A stretch of DNA of 64,000 nt from the human T2T-CHM13v2.0 reference genome, Homo sapiens. Both the position numbers and the translations under genes were made by a program. The notes below the pieces were generated by a model, which saw nothing but the letters and a program-made list of their open reading frames with translations, was not told the DNA's origin and made no database searches. The DNA lies in NCBI RefSeq assembly GCF_009914755.1, contig NC_060927.1. The stretch is one strand, 5' to 3'. Every line of letters starts with the position of its first letter. The stretch's first letter is position 1. Of the stretch, positions 1 to 18,202 are shown one piece after another.

Positions 1-2358
1 CCTGTTGACTTTCTCATTGCTAACCCTGACAGATCCTCATTTGTCAATGATTTTACATGTGATTCAAATAGTCTTCAAACATCACTTTTCTCAACTTCAT
101 GAAATCTTGCACATTTTGCAAAATTTCCCATTTCCCTCTGCCGTCAATTTCCCTTGTGTTTTCACATTATTGTCAAGGGTTTGTCACATCAGGAAACCAG
201 CAGGAGCCAACAGACAAGGATGCTGATGCCATGAGCAGAGATAGACACTAATGTTGAATGGGAGCTAATAGGAGGTCATTTATTAATGTTTTATGTTACA
301 ATAACTTTTACTCAAGACTAAAGAAGCTTAGATATTGGATACTCAGATGATGTTCTCTCGTAATTACTTTGTCTTGCATCCATGTGGTAAGTGTGGAATG
401 AGATAGCCCATGCCTGCAGAATCTGAGGAACTCATGTCCAAAGCCTGTCCCTTTCCACCGCCACACACCGTCTCCATCACAAGTCATACTCATCACCTGG
501 CACCACAGAGAAAGGTGTGAGGGTATATTCAATAGCCCCAGTAGGAAATCATTGTACTCACACCCCAAATCATATGAGAAACATCTAGTCATAACGCTGA
601 CCTGACCTGCTCACAAGGGCTCCATCCTATGGACACCAGCACTGTTGCCCAGGCCTGCTCTGGGTCCCAGTCTTCCTAGTGCTGTCCTTTGGAGACACAT
701 AACTTGGCTTCTCTCTTACCAGCTGGGCAAAGAGTGAAGATGGTAGCTCATAGGAATTAGTAGATGTGAGGAAAAGGAATCACTAGTCCTATCTGCTATG
801 ATCCATGAATAGGGACAGTTTTACATGTGTGTCTAAGGAAGGCAGTTTAGAAGAAAGGAAGATAAGGCCAATCACATGAGCATTTCAGCTCATATTCTTG
901 AGAACCAGAGACATCAATAGAATTAGAACTCTAGGCCTGGGAGTCAGGAAGCAATTACTTGAATAACAGTCTTTCTTTTGGCTACCACATCAGCAACAGT
1001 CTCTCTTGTGACTTTTTAACTTAAGAACAGATTCTGGTTGAATGAGTCATCTTCTTTTTAGGCCAAGAAATAGAATTGCTGAAATCCTTAGGGTAACACT
1101 TTGGAGAAGTGGTCCAAAACTAAAAACTTGTAATTCTAGCCAATCACATTCTCTGCAAAGCTCACTGAGACAAAGTTTCCCAGTTGACAAATATGGTGAG
1201 GGCTTAAAATAGACAGTGCTCTGGAGGTAATGAAATCTCTCACTTTCGTATTTAGCATTTCTAGTTGATTCCAAGGATGGCAAAGCCATAAAACAAAGAA
1301 GCCTGTTTCAAGGATGGGTAGATTTGGGGAGAAGCGTGTCCAGTGTTGAATATATGTTAACTAAATTTTGGTCCCTAAGTGCTTGATAACATTATCACAA
1401 GAAAAACAACATAGCATCTATTGGTAGTGAATAGGAGTGATATAAGTTCCAAGCAGGACATTTATTGGAAGGCAGAGACAGAAAATGTAGTCTGAAATAA
1501 ATGTACTGCAAATAAATGAAAATTATGTGAAAAGACTGAAGATGGCTACCTGCATAATGGGCCACTTCCACTAATTAATCACATACCTGCCTAGTCTAAT
1601 TGCAGTGAGACTGGGAAATTTGAGTGAGTACATGGAATATTTGATCATCATTTACTATATCTGCCATGGCCCACCCTTTTCATCACCAAATATTTCTTTG
1701 TTTCTTTCTTCCAACACAGAATAGCCCTAATTCCTCCACAGGGGAGACCGGCCAAAGTTCCATCCATCCACCATTGCATCCAGTTCAAAGTTTAATCCTT
1801 CTGGATGATGTCCAATTTGTTTCTCCATCAGAGCCAGATGATGTAACTTTTCTTGGTTCTGAGGTCCTGATCCAAAAAAGACAAGTTATCTACTTCCTGT
1901 CCACATATATGCATGTGCATACATAACCACCCAGTAAGGTATATGTAAACATTTCCATTTGAAAAGAAACTAATGGAAGACACACAGCAGCCTCTGACCC
2001 ACAGCAATTCAGGAATCCAGCTGGGCAGACCTCCTACCCTCAGGATGGAGGCCCCTTGGTTAAGCCACGATTCTGCTCTCTGAGGAGACTTTCCTTTTTC
2101 ATCGTTTTCCTTGGCTCTTTGACTCATCCTGGAGGAGATTCTTCTTTTTCTTTATTCTGTTTAGCCACATTTAAAGTGAGCTTTAGGGAATTTGAACTCC
2201 TTAGGGGCATCCCAGGTTTCTCAAATTGCTTCCGATTAGGGACCCCAGGGTTGTTTTAAGTTCTGAATATTCAGATACCTTTACATGGTTGCTTTAGTTA
2301 TGTAGTTCCCTAAAAACTCTCTTTGCTTTTCACTTCACTGGACAATAAGCACATCCAT

Positions 2359-2692
<334 letters not shown>

Positions 2693-3666
2693 TTACAGCT
2701 TGTAGGTTCTTAGATCTGTTTTATTTCTTTGCTTCTTCACCTTCATGCCTCTTTTTCTGAACTCCATTGTGAATACCGATATTAGGCTATTAGGTTTGAA
2801 TGAGAGGGTCACAGCTTGAGCAATATTTGCCTTGAGGCTTATTAACTAAGTGAGAAACCTTTTCCCCTTCAAAGTCTTTTTAAATACGACCTCTTATTGT
2901 TTGGGTTCTAGAAGCAGTCAACTCTTCCAAATTTTAAGGCCCTGAATTTCAAACTCTCTCTGTACCTTTTCTTTTCTGCTTTATAAACTGACCACTTCTC
3001 TTCTGAGCTCATCTTTCTTGTAATATCTTGTCAAGCATAGCCAATAATATCACACACTACTAAAGTCCTGTTTTTCATTATCTTCTCATAGCACTGCAAA
3101 TTAATTAGGTAAGTAGTTGTCCTGCCTAGTTATTAGAAGCAATAGTTTACCTGAACATTTTGCCACAAAACCATAGGGATCATCATCTTTTCGCTTCCAA
3201 TATTAGTTTCCTCACAACCCACCCCGATGGCTAGGGCAATGTTATGTATTTTAGGTTCTTCTAATGATAGTACCTCACCTCAAGACAAATTTTATATTGA
3301 CACAAGTTGTCACAACAAACCAGCTCTGAAATCTTAGTGGCTAAGCTCAACAAGAACCCATCACTCACTCACACAAAGTCTCATACACATCAGCAGGAGC
3401 TTCTTTGCTTTTGCTGACTAAGGAGCCCATTTTCATCTGTGACCTAGAGCCTGATCAACAATGGATCAGCTTCTAAAATCTCAGTAATGCACTTGCAAAG
3501 CTGAGGGCCAGCCCCCAGCACATGCTGACAATCAAGGGGCAGAGGCCCACCCTCGATGGACATCAGTACCTTCTGCCTCTTCATGCCACCTTTATGATGG
3601 CAGCATGTGCTTTTGTGCACACATCTTTTAAAAATGCTGGTTTGTAAGCTTTTATGGGTCATACTT

Positions 3667-3779
3667 AGAATGATCAACTATCCTGGTTCACTCAAGTCTG
3701 AGAGGGTTTCCAGGATGCAGGACTTTCAGTGCTAAAACTAGGAGAGTCCCAGACAAACTGGGACAAGTTGGTCACCCTA
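3667..3779. mobile_element. MER94-like hAT-Blackjack MITE
   Basis: ggactttcagtgctaaaac core and terminal gttggtcaccct match the recalled MER94 consensus. Confidence 0.7.
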
Positions 3780-6700
3780 GTCATTGTCCTCATAGGAAAA
3801 ACAGATAAAAACAAAAAGATGCCCACCTTTTTGGAAGTCATACAGAGCATCATCTTCATCTTCCTTCCACTGTGAACTGACATGGCCTACTTTCCAAAAG
3901 AAGATACAAGCTTCTGGATGAACAGCCTGGCCTACATTTGTGTGTGACTCTGATTAAGTAAGAAAGCTTTGTCGCGCTCCTTTAAAATTTAAAATATGTG
4001 TAGACCCCGTCCCCCAATACAAAGCATGTAGATGAAGTAATAACCGGATTCAAAGGGGGAAATATGAAATAGGACATACATTGTCAAGAATTCTCTCCCC
4101 CTGCAAGAGAGCAGGGTCATGATCTCTGCATTGCGCAAGAGTTTATTGTGAGCCTAAAGAAAGACCTCCTTAGGGCCCTGGAGTTATGATGGAGGAGGTC
4201 AATTTTCAAAATAAACGTTCATTATATTTTTTGCTTTGAAGAAGAATGCTGCTTGGCCTGAAACAAATTAAGAGTGCTCAGGCTTTTTATTTGGGGCATT
4301 TTTTAGTTGAATATTATTAAAAATAATTACCGGCTGTGGATTTAATCTAAAACACAATCAGCACCCCCAAAGTCCCCTACAGTGAGTTAAAGCATCCTCC
4401 TTCTCAAAATTCAAAATTAAGTGGAAATTCAGATTAGTTTTGATTTATAACCACATTATGAACTATTTAATATTTTCAAGAAGTCATTCCCTGTGCCCAT
4501 ATTAAATTAATTTACAACAGAATATTATATAATTTATATATGCACACATATAATAAATTATAGCCCAACTATATAATTCTACATGTATAATTAATTACAT
4601 TAACCATCTACATTTTAAGCCTACAATTAGATAACCCTAAAAGACAACCCCTTTAGCATTTTTTAATAAATACTTGTGTTTGGAGCTGTTTAACAGAGCA
4701 CCTGATAGCTGATAGAGCAGTGTTAACATCTGTTCCATTATTTCCAGAGGACGTTGGTTGAACGCAATACTATTCACATAAAATATGCATTTGTTCTTGA
4801 CTGTCAAGTACCTCTATTATTTTATTAAAAAGTCAAAAAAGAATATAATCAGACTTCATAATTTATGGGTGACATTTTCATTACAGAAAACTTTATGCAA
4901 AATTGAATTCTAAAATTTAATTTCCTGTGATGTTTAAATTACTTACTATCTGGCTCCTCTCCAAACATCGTGATCATTGAGGGCCCCATATGAATTCTAT
5001 TAAGGATACATTTTGCTGCTGCCAGAATATACAGGGTATTTTTCTAAGTAACTCTAAGAATATGCTTCTTAAATATATTTTGTGCCAGTTTAAATAGTTT
5101 TTCTCACACAGGAAAGAAAAGCAGGAACTTTTCTTTCTTCCCTTTTTTTAAAAAACCACAGACAGATTTTCTCTGCTTCTCTCCTTGCCACCTTGCCTGT
5201 GACCTCTTATTCCTGACACTTTAACCCAAAAGAAGCCAGGCAGGTCCAGCCTTGTCAGTTAGAGCTCACAACATCACAGGACGATAACCAGGTTCCTTTT
5301 GGCTTTCTTTTTCTTCCAGGAAGAGCCAAAAAAGAAGCTGTAGCCAGGGTAGAGCCCATACACATGGGGAAGTGTGACCCTCTCTCTCTCTGCCACCCAC
5401 TTCATGCAATGTCAGTAGACTCCTTCCACTATTCCCTGTGGCCGCCGCGTCAAGGGGAGAAACCTGACTTAGCCTGATCATTCCCAGGGTGCTTTGAGAA
5501 ACCTGGAAATGTCATCTCACCTCACAGCTGCCAGGGAAAATAGGGCTGCTAATAATGAGCAATAATTTAAATAACGAGCCTTTGAGGGAACGAGGGTACC
5601 ACAAGCAGAGTCACCTTAATGCATTCTCTGGGGCAGAACCATTTCCCAAAATGCCATTTTAAATGGGGAAAGCATGGAACCATCAGCTGTGAGGGGGAAG
5701 GAAAAGTACAAGCAGTTGTCAGTCAGCCAAGATGTGGCAGGATTCCCTGCCCAAGGCTGCCCCACACAGCCAGCCAGCAATGCTGGGATTCATCCAGCAG
5801 TCCACACCACCAAAGGGAGCTTCCATGGCCACGTGCCATAGGATGGGCTTGGATTACAAAGAGGAACAACATAAGATTCCTGCCTTAAAGTGTTTGTAGT
5901 CCAGTAGAAGGGTGACTCCTGGCATTCATGTAAAACTCCACATTTTATGAAGTTATTTGACATGTTTCATTTCATGGTCATTTCCCTGTAAGGCAAGTGA
6001 TCCAGCATATCTCCAGCTAACAAATAAACGAGAAAACTAAGCCCCACTCAAGTGATTTTCCAGAGATCACACCACGAGTAATTGGCCAGGCCTCCTAGAG
6101 CCCAGGCAATTGTCTTACTCAGATTCTAAGCTGGACTCCAACGGAGAAAGCCAGGAAGCCATGATCTGCTTACATCCTGAGGATGTAAGCACAGAGGAGG
6201 CCCAACTCACATTATCACTCCAGCACTTTTCCACGGCCTTCTGTGATGTGACAGCAATAACCCCAACCAAGATATTCATCCTTACAGCTTTCCTCATCCA
6301 TCTGCTACTGCAAAGTGGATATTTATCTGGTCTGACTTGGGGATTCTTCAGGAGGTGACCCTGCCGATCGTATTCCATTGGGGTATTACCCCTCTGCCTG
6401 AAATCCCACCACTATGAGTTCTTCTTTTTTGTCTCCCTCCTGGAGGAGAGCTAAAACAGTTAAGCCATAACGAGTTAGTGAGGATCTACTGGGGATGGAT
6501 TCATCAGATGCTTTTCTCTCAACCTACCCAACTCACCCTTGCAACCATAAGTTGGGAGATGCAAACACCAGGATTTGCACAGTGCTTCCAGGATAGTTGC
6601 TGCTTCCCCACAGGCTTCCTTTTCCCACTTGCAGTCCTGCTTCCTGCCTTGTAGACTTCACTTTCTCCCCAGTCTCTCCCAATCATTGCCTTCAACTTCC

Positions 6701-7869
6701 CAGCGTAAGTTCTGCTCAGACCTGCATTTGCCACAACCAATCCACCTGGTTGCAAGTATATCTGGTAAACCACTGCTCTTCAGGCCCCAACCTACCACCC
6801 AGCTCCTTGAGGCACCAAGGGAGGGAGACTTGGTGTCAGTCAGGTGAAAGAGAGACTTTGGGATTAAGTGATGTGGTGCCTAATGAAGACTGAACTTGGG
6901 GGACCTCTGCAAATGGTCCATGCTTCAAGTGGGAAAGGAAGAGTAGAAGGAGTAGAAGGAAGAGAGTAAAGGGATGTTTCCAGACTTAGCCTCCCTGCAA
7001 GGTCAACTCACCCATTCTCCTCTCTTAGCAACATAGGAATGAAGAAAGGCCCTTAAAAAAGGCAGTGAAGGAAAATGTGCCTGGAAGATAACTGATACTT
7101 ATGGAAGCTCAATAAATATAATCTATAGTATAAATAGTATCAATAGTATAACTGGTAATAACATGTGAATATCTTCAGGTCAATTTCTAGAGAGTTTGAC
7201 AAGAACTTCCATTTGTGTTCACCAGGTAAATGAATGAGGATGGGAAGGTAAGGAGGAGGTGAGTAGTCCAGAGAGAGAGCCCCACTGGGTAAAGACATGA
7301 GGCCTCACTTGGAATAGTGATGGTAGGCAGGGAACCACAAATAGCTCCCGTTTGCCATATCGCAAGTGTAAAGTAATAGTGTCAAGGGGAGAGTCTGGGG
7401 AGGCTTGCAGGGGCTGCTTTTTTGGTTGAGGGTAAACTTCAGCTTTTAGCAGCATGGAGAAAAAGGGAGATAACACTATGAACAATGAACAATGCTTTAC
7501 CAACTGCTAGTGGCCAAAACCCCCCAAAAGGCAAAATTAAGTGGATGTGGTCACTCAACAGGACTTGTGCCCTTCTTAAACACTAGTCATTCCTCTTCGC
7601 TTAGCGTAGGCATCTCCTCCTCTGGGATGCTTTCCCTGGCTCATTTGGATGGTTTCAGTTAGTGGCCCCAACTGTGGCTGGCTGTGCTGGACTCTTTGTC
7701 CTGCTCTTTTCATAGCACATACTCTCTGACTCATCATTGCTGATGGTGTTTGGCCACTCTCCTACCCCACCCCACCAACTGTGGGTACCATGAGAGTAGA
7801 ACTTGTGATTGGCCTGCAGTAGTTCCTCAACATTTGTTGGAAAAAACTTTTCTTTGGCCTCATAAACCT

Positions 7870-9245
7870 TTCACCTATTACCCAATGTGTCTCCTTTGTT
7901 TTACAGCAAAACTTCTTGAAGGAGTTGTCCATACTCACTGCCTCCACTTCTCATCCACTTTCCTCTCATTCTGTCTTGAAACCACTTCAGTAAGCTTCCT
8001 CCTCTCCTCTCCAGTGAAACTACATTTGTTAGGGTCATCTATGACCTCCACATTATCAGATTCAATGGGGATTTATCACTGTTCCTATTACCCCCCAGAA
8101 ACACTTGGCACTTTGGACCACTTTCTCCTCCTTGAACACTTTTCTTTTAGCTTCTGGGATGCCTTTCCCTATTGGTTCTCCTACCATGCTCAGCAGCTCT
8201 TATCTGGTGCCTATACTGATTCCTTCTCATCTCCTCAACCTATAAATTTCAGAGGGCCCCACAGCAAAAGCCTTGGACTTCTTTATCCTCATTCCTGGGT
8301 GATCTTATCTAGTCTTATGACTTTAAATATCCGCCTTTATGCTGATATGCCCCCAAATGGATAACTCTAGCCTCAAACTCACCCTTGAATTCAAGACTCC
8401 TTTTCCAACTTCTTTTTCAACATCTTTACTTGGAAGTCTGTTAGGCATCTCAAATTTAACATGTCTAAAACCAGACAACACACACACACAAATGTTTCTC
8501 TTCTTCATCTTCCCCATCTGAAAAAAATTGCACTTACATTTGGCCAGGTGCTCAGGCTAAATACATAGTAACATCCTTGCCTTTTTTCTTTCTCACACAC
8601 CCATATCTAATCATCAAGAAACCCTGTCAGCTCTGCTTTTGAAATACATCCAGAATCCAACCGTTCATTACCACCTCTGCCAAATCACAGAATCCAAGCC
8701 ATTATCATCTCTCACCTAGATTATTGCAATAGCCTCCTATTTAGTTCCACTTGCAATCCCACACAACAGCCAGACGGAAGTTTTAAAACATAAGATCATG
8801 TCACTCGCATGCTCAAAATCTCCCAAAGGTGCATTCTAACCATACCTTCTACTACTCTTCCTCCTCTGCCCACTCCAGTCCAGCTACTCTGGCCTCCTCG
8901 CTGTTCCTCAGTAGACCTCAGATCCTTTTACCTTACTATTTCTGCTGCCCAGAAAGCCTTTTCTTGAAACATCTACAGGATTCACTCCCTTACTTCCTTC
9001 AGGCCTCTGCTTAAGTGTACCTCTTCAGAGATGCCTTCCCTGTCCTTTAAAAAATAGCTTCCCCATTGTTTCTATCTCCCTTACTTTGCACTGTTCTTTA
9101 TAATGCTTATAACAATGTATTTGTTTCTTTTTAAAAAATTGTCTTTCTCTCTCCGTGACAGCAACAATTTTGCTGTTTTGTTCACTACTGAATGCCCAGC
9201 ATCTGAAAAAATAGGCACTCAATAAATGAATCAATGAAAGAATGA
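7870..9245 (+). mobile_element. LINE-2 (L2a/b) 3' portion
   Basis: L2 motifs (gcaaaacttcttgaaggagttgtc, ggcatctcaaatttaacatgtctaaaac, tccagaatccaacc) and 3' end ggcactcaataaatgaatcaatgaa. Confidence 0.85.
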
Positions 9246-11613
9246 GTGTGGGAAAAAGTTGGTATCTTCAAACAAAGTAGAAAGACATTAACACAAGCGC
9301 TTCATCTCCTGAAATATGAAAGGCAGTCCCTTAATCAACCTGAGTGAGTTTTTGTTGTGGTGGTGGCAGTGGTTTCTTTTTGTTTTTAATCTGTGTATTA
9401 AATTCAGAACTACTCACTATTTAACCTTGCCAGCAAATGTGAGTTTTCCCCTGCTGGTGCTGTGATCATTGTGGTAGCATCAGCCAGGAAATGAAATCTT
9501 AATCATAGCATCTGCCATACACCCTTCACTTACAAGCCCACACATGAAACTCCAGCAAGGCAATCTTATTTCACTAAAATGTGATTGGACCCAATAACTG
9601 GAGGCCGGTGCTCACAGCACATCTTTCTGCCCAATGCTGCTTAATCTTGACAAGCTTCGAGGTTTATAGCACCCTAACCTTTAACTTAAACAGAAAAGTA
9701 TGTGCTGGGCTACTTACTTAACAAACCACAAGTAAGACTTGTGTTATATGTCTACCTGGGGGCTTTTCAGTGTTACTACCTCAGCTTCTTGCCAGGCTAA
9801 AGGAGAGAAAGTTTTAAAATCTTTTGGAACCTATGGTTACCACTGTCATTACCAGTTTACAACCTAATGGCACTTGATGTTGATAGAGTGGAGAAAAACC
9901 CAAACAAACATGTCATGTTGCATCCAGCTTGATCTACACAGGAACACGAGGACAGAGGTATCAGAGAAAAGCAGGGCAATCTTCTTCATTTCCCAGAGGA
10001 CTAGGAAGGCGGGACCACAGAACCTTGGGGACTTGGAGGAAACAGGACTAAATCAGATTGCCATATGTCAACAATAGCCCAAAAGCATCTCAGAGCTCCT
10101 GGCTTGCTTCCTGTTCCAATCTGAGGGGGTTGCAGTGTGATTTCCAGGTATCTGACTGGGGCCAGGTGATCCAAATATTGAGCCCTGTGAAAAGAGATTA
10201 ACATTCCAGGGCAAATGTGTTACCCACAAGACTGGCCACTTCCAGGAGCACCTGGCCTCTGAGCCAGGTGCAGGTTGGTCCCCGTGACCTCAGGGAGTCA
10301 CTTGCAGATCAGATGTCATCAGGTGAGAGCAGCAGTCACTGGGGCAGACAATTTTATTGATGGAATTGGGTTTACAAATTACCCTCAAGACATGCTAAAG
10401 TGAAATATTGAATTCCCCATTCCCCAGCACCTGGATTTGAAGGAAGGAGAGGCAAAACACCATCTTTCCTAATAGCCTACTACAATATAACCCTACTACA
10501 GTTATGCCTATTCAGAAGTAGACCAAGGGTTCTCAGGATTGACTATTGTATAGATTTGCTGGATAGATGAAATCCAGGAATTACATGGTGCTGTAGTTTG
10601 ATCAAATAAAACCAAGAACAGTGATGACTACAAGCAGGAAGACTCCACAAGGCATATATAGGCTGGTTCCTAGTGTGCTGGAAACTTCAAGACTCTCCAG
10701 AGGCCCTAGATCTCTGAATGCTGAGCTCTGAGCTATTGGTGAGAAACTGAGGGGCACTCCAATGGGATATCCAGGTTCCTGCATTTTCCTACTAGAGCAA
10801 GACTCAGAAGAGGGGAAGGGGGTGGTGCCCCTGCTTGCTACTTGTGCACAGATGTGCCCAGCTAGGAGAGGAGGGGACATCATGGGAAATGGTGGTCCGT
10901 GAGCTGAAGACTACATGAAAGAGATGAACTGTAGAAAGAATCAGAATGATCAAGGCAATTTAAAGTACTCTGATTAATCTTTTTATTCTTAAAATAATCT
11001 TTCAACATATATATGCTAAATCTACATATACTGTAAACTAAGTTATGGAAAAAATTCATATTATGAGTTTATTGGGTAAGAACCTGAGACCAAGACTCTG
11101 TCCTAAATATCCACTATTTCAGACTGACCATCTTCTGAAGCAGCTAAAAAGTGTTTTTGCTTTTTCCAGATCCATTTATTCTATTTTTGATGGGGGAAAA
11201 AAGTTACCAAGCATAATAATAACCAGGACATATTAAATCTATAGATTGCCCGTGAAGCTTAGAATATTGTCACAAAGCCCCTGAGAAGTCCATGAAAAGC
11301 TGACACTTTTAAAAGGAAGTCCAGATACTTCCCATCCACCATATGAAGGCAGACACAGATGCTGACCTGGCTCCTAAGAGTGATGAGAGGAGCATAATGT
11401 CAGTGCAGGGCAGACTCTGATGAGCTGAAAAAGCCCAGACAGCACAAAGCCATCCTACCAGCACTTCATGGGATTGCTCTGGGTAAGAGCTAGTATCATG
11501 CTAAGTTTGTTTTTTCCCTGAATGGTCCCATGTTATCTTTAGGGATATTAATATGTGAAACTCACAAAGAATGTAGCACCTGGAGGTTTGTTTTTTTTAA
11601 ATTATGCCCACGT

Positions 11614-11886
11614 GGCCAGGTGCAGTGGCTCACGCCTGTAATCCCAACACTTTGGGAGGCCAAGGCAAGTGGATCACGAGGTCAGGAGATCTGGCTAACA
11701 CAGTGAAACCCCATCTCTACTAAAAATACAAAAAATTAGCTGGGCGTGGTGGCACGTACCTGTAGTCCCAGCTACTCAGGAAGATGAGGCAGGAGAATCC
11801 CTTGAACCTGGGAGGCGGAGGTTGAGCTGAGATCACACCACTGCACTCCAGTCTGGGCGACAGAGTGAGACTCCATCTCAAAAAAA
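11614..11886 (+). mobile_element. Alu SINE (AluSc8/Y-like) with a ~10-bp internal deletion
   Basis: ggatcacgaggtcaggagatc, ctggctaaca; TSD aaattatgccca at 11599-11610 and 11887-11898. Confidence 0.95.
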
Positions 11887-12022
11887 AAATTATGCCCATT
11901 TGCAAAATGCATGAAGTAATAATTGTGCTAAGACACTAGGAAGACTTCACTTCACTGTTGTAATTCTGTTCTTTCCTTAGCTTCCATCTTGCACATAGGT
12001 TGCGGTGTTCAAGAGGGGACAA

Positions 12023-13077
12023 GATGGAGCCAAGATGGCCAAATAGGAACAGCTCCGGTCTACAGCTCCCAGCCTGAGTGACGAAGAAGACGGGTGATTT
12101 CTGCATTTCCATCTGAGGTACCAGGTTCATCTCACTATGGAGTGCCAGACAGTGGGCGCAGGACAGTGGGTGCAGTGCACTGTGCACTAGCCAAAGCAGG
12201 GTGAGGCATTGCCTCACTCGGGAAGTGCAAGGGGTCAGGGAGTTCCCTTTCCTAGTCAAAGAAAGGGGTGACAGACGGTACCTGGAAAATCGGGTCACTC
12301 CCACCCTAATACTGTGCTTTTCCAATGGGCTTAAAAAACGGCACACCAGGAGATTATATCCCGCGCTTGGCTCAGACGGTCCTGCACCCATGTAGTCTCA
12401 CTGATTGCTAGCACAGCAGTCTGAGATCAAACTGCAAGGCGGCAGCAAGGCTAGGGGAGGGGCGCCTGCCATTGCCCAGGCTTGCTTAGGTAAACAAAGC
12501 AGCCGGGAAGCTCAAACTGGGTGGAGCCCACCACAGGCCATCAAGGAGGCCTGCCTGCCTCTGTAGGCTCCACCTCTGGGGGCAGGGCACAGACAAACAA
12601 AAAGGCAGCAGTAACCTCTGCAGACTTAAATGTCCCTGTCTGACAGCTTTGAAGAGAGTAGTGGTTCTCCCAGCATGCAGCTGGAGATCTGAGAACGGGC
12701 AGACTGCCTCCTCAAGTGGGTCCCTGACCCCCGAGCAGCCTAACTGGGAGGCATCCCCGAGTAGGGGCAGACTGACACCTCATACGGCCGCAGACTGACA
12801 CCTCATACTGACACCTCATACTCCTCTGAGACAAAACTTCCAGAGGAACGATCACACAGCAGCACTTGTGGTTCATGAAAATCCGCTGTTCTACAGCCAC
12901 TGCTGCTGATACCTAGGCAAACAGTGTCTGGAGTGGACCTCTAGCAAACTCTAACAGACCTGCAGCTGAGGGTCCTGTCTGTCAGAAGGAAAACTAACAA
13001 ACAGAAAGGACATCCACACCAAAACCCCATCTGTACGTCACCATCATCAAAGACCAAAAGTAGATAAAACCACAAAG
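12023..13077 (+). promoter_or_regulatory. L1 5'UTR internal sense promoter / antisense promoter region
   Basis: Canonical L1PA 5'UTR with YY1 motif caagatggcc; many CpGs decayed to TpG/CpA. Confidence 0.75.
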
Positions 13078-14092
13078 ATGGGGAAAAACAGAGCAGAAAA
13101 ACCAGAAACTCTAAAGATCAGAGTGCCTCTCCTCCTCCAAAGGAACGCAGCTCCTCACCAGCAATGGAACAAAGCTGAACAGAGAATGACTTTGACGAGT
13201 TGAGAGAAGAAGGCTTCAGATGATCAAACTCCTCCGAGCTACAGGAGGAAATTCAAATCAATGGCAAAGAAGTTAAAAACTATGAAAAAAAATTAGACGA
13301 ATGTATAACTAGAATAACCAATGCAGAGAAGTGCTTAAAGGAGCTGATGGAGCTGAAAGCCAAGGCTCGAGAACTACCTGAAGAATGCAGAAGCCTCAGG
13401 AGCTGATGCGATCAACTGGGAGAAAGGGTATCAGTGATGGAAGATGAAATGAATGAAATGAAGCAAGAAGGGAAGGTTAGAGAAAAAAGAATAAAAAGAA
13501 ATGAACAAAGTTCCAAGAAATATGGGACTATGTGAAAAGACCAAATTTACATCTGATTGGTGTACCTGAAAGTGACGGGGAGAATGGAACCAAGCTGGAA
13601 AACACTCTGCAAGATATTATCCAGGAGAACTTCCCCAATCTAGCAAGGCAGGCCAACATTCAGATTCAGGAAATACAGAGAATGCCACAAAGATACTCCT
13701 TGAGAAGAGCAACTCCAAGAGGAATAATTGGCAGATTCACCAAAGTTGAAATGAAGGAAAAAATGTTAAGGGCAGCCAGAGAGAAAGGTCGGGTTACCCA
13801 CAAAGGGAAGCCCATCAGACTAACAGCTGATCTCTTGGCAGAAACTCTACAAGCCAGAAGAGAGTGGGGGCCAATATTCAACATTCTTAAAGAACAGGAT
13901 TTTCAACCCAGAATTTCATATCCAGCCAAACTAAGCTTCAACAGTGAAGGAGAAATAAAATCCTTTACAGACAAGCAAATGCTGAGAGATTTTGTCACCA
14001 CCAGACCCGCCCTAAAAGAGCTCCTGAAGGAAGCACTAAACATGGAAAGGAACAGCCAGTACGAGCTACTACAAAAACATGACAAATTGTAA
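13078..14092 (+). pseudogene. L1 ORF1p (RNA-binding chaperone), disrupted
   Basis: ATG at 13078 followed by a 1-bp deletion, several TGA stops and a second deletion near 13510; only the C-terminal 186 aa (13532-14092) is open. Confidence 0.93.
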
Positions 14093-14140
14093 AGACCATG
14101 AAGGCTAGGAAGAAACTGCCTCAACTAATGAGCAAAATAA

Positions 14141-17976
<3,836 letters not shown>

Positions 17977-18202
17977 ACAATGAGAACACATGGACACAGG
18001 AAGGGGAATATCACACTCCGGGGACTGTTGTTGGGTGGGGGCAGGGGGGAGGGATAGCATTAGGTGATATACCTAAAGCTAAATGACAAGTTAATGGGTG
18101 CAGTATACCAACATGGGACATGTATATATATGTAACAAACCTGCACATTGTGCACATGTACCCTAAAACTTAAAGTATAATAATAATAAAATTTAAAAAA
18201 AA

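Noticed and set aside
7750-8364. 204-aa ORF
   Set aside because: It starts at TTG and lies mostly in an L2 relic. Only a short stretch (AKLLEGVV) resembles L2 RT before drifting out of frame, so it is not a gene.
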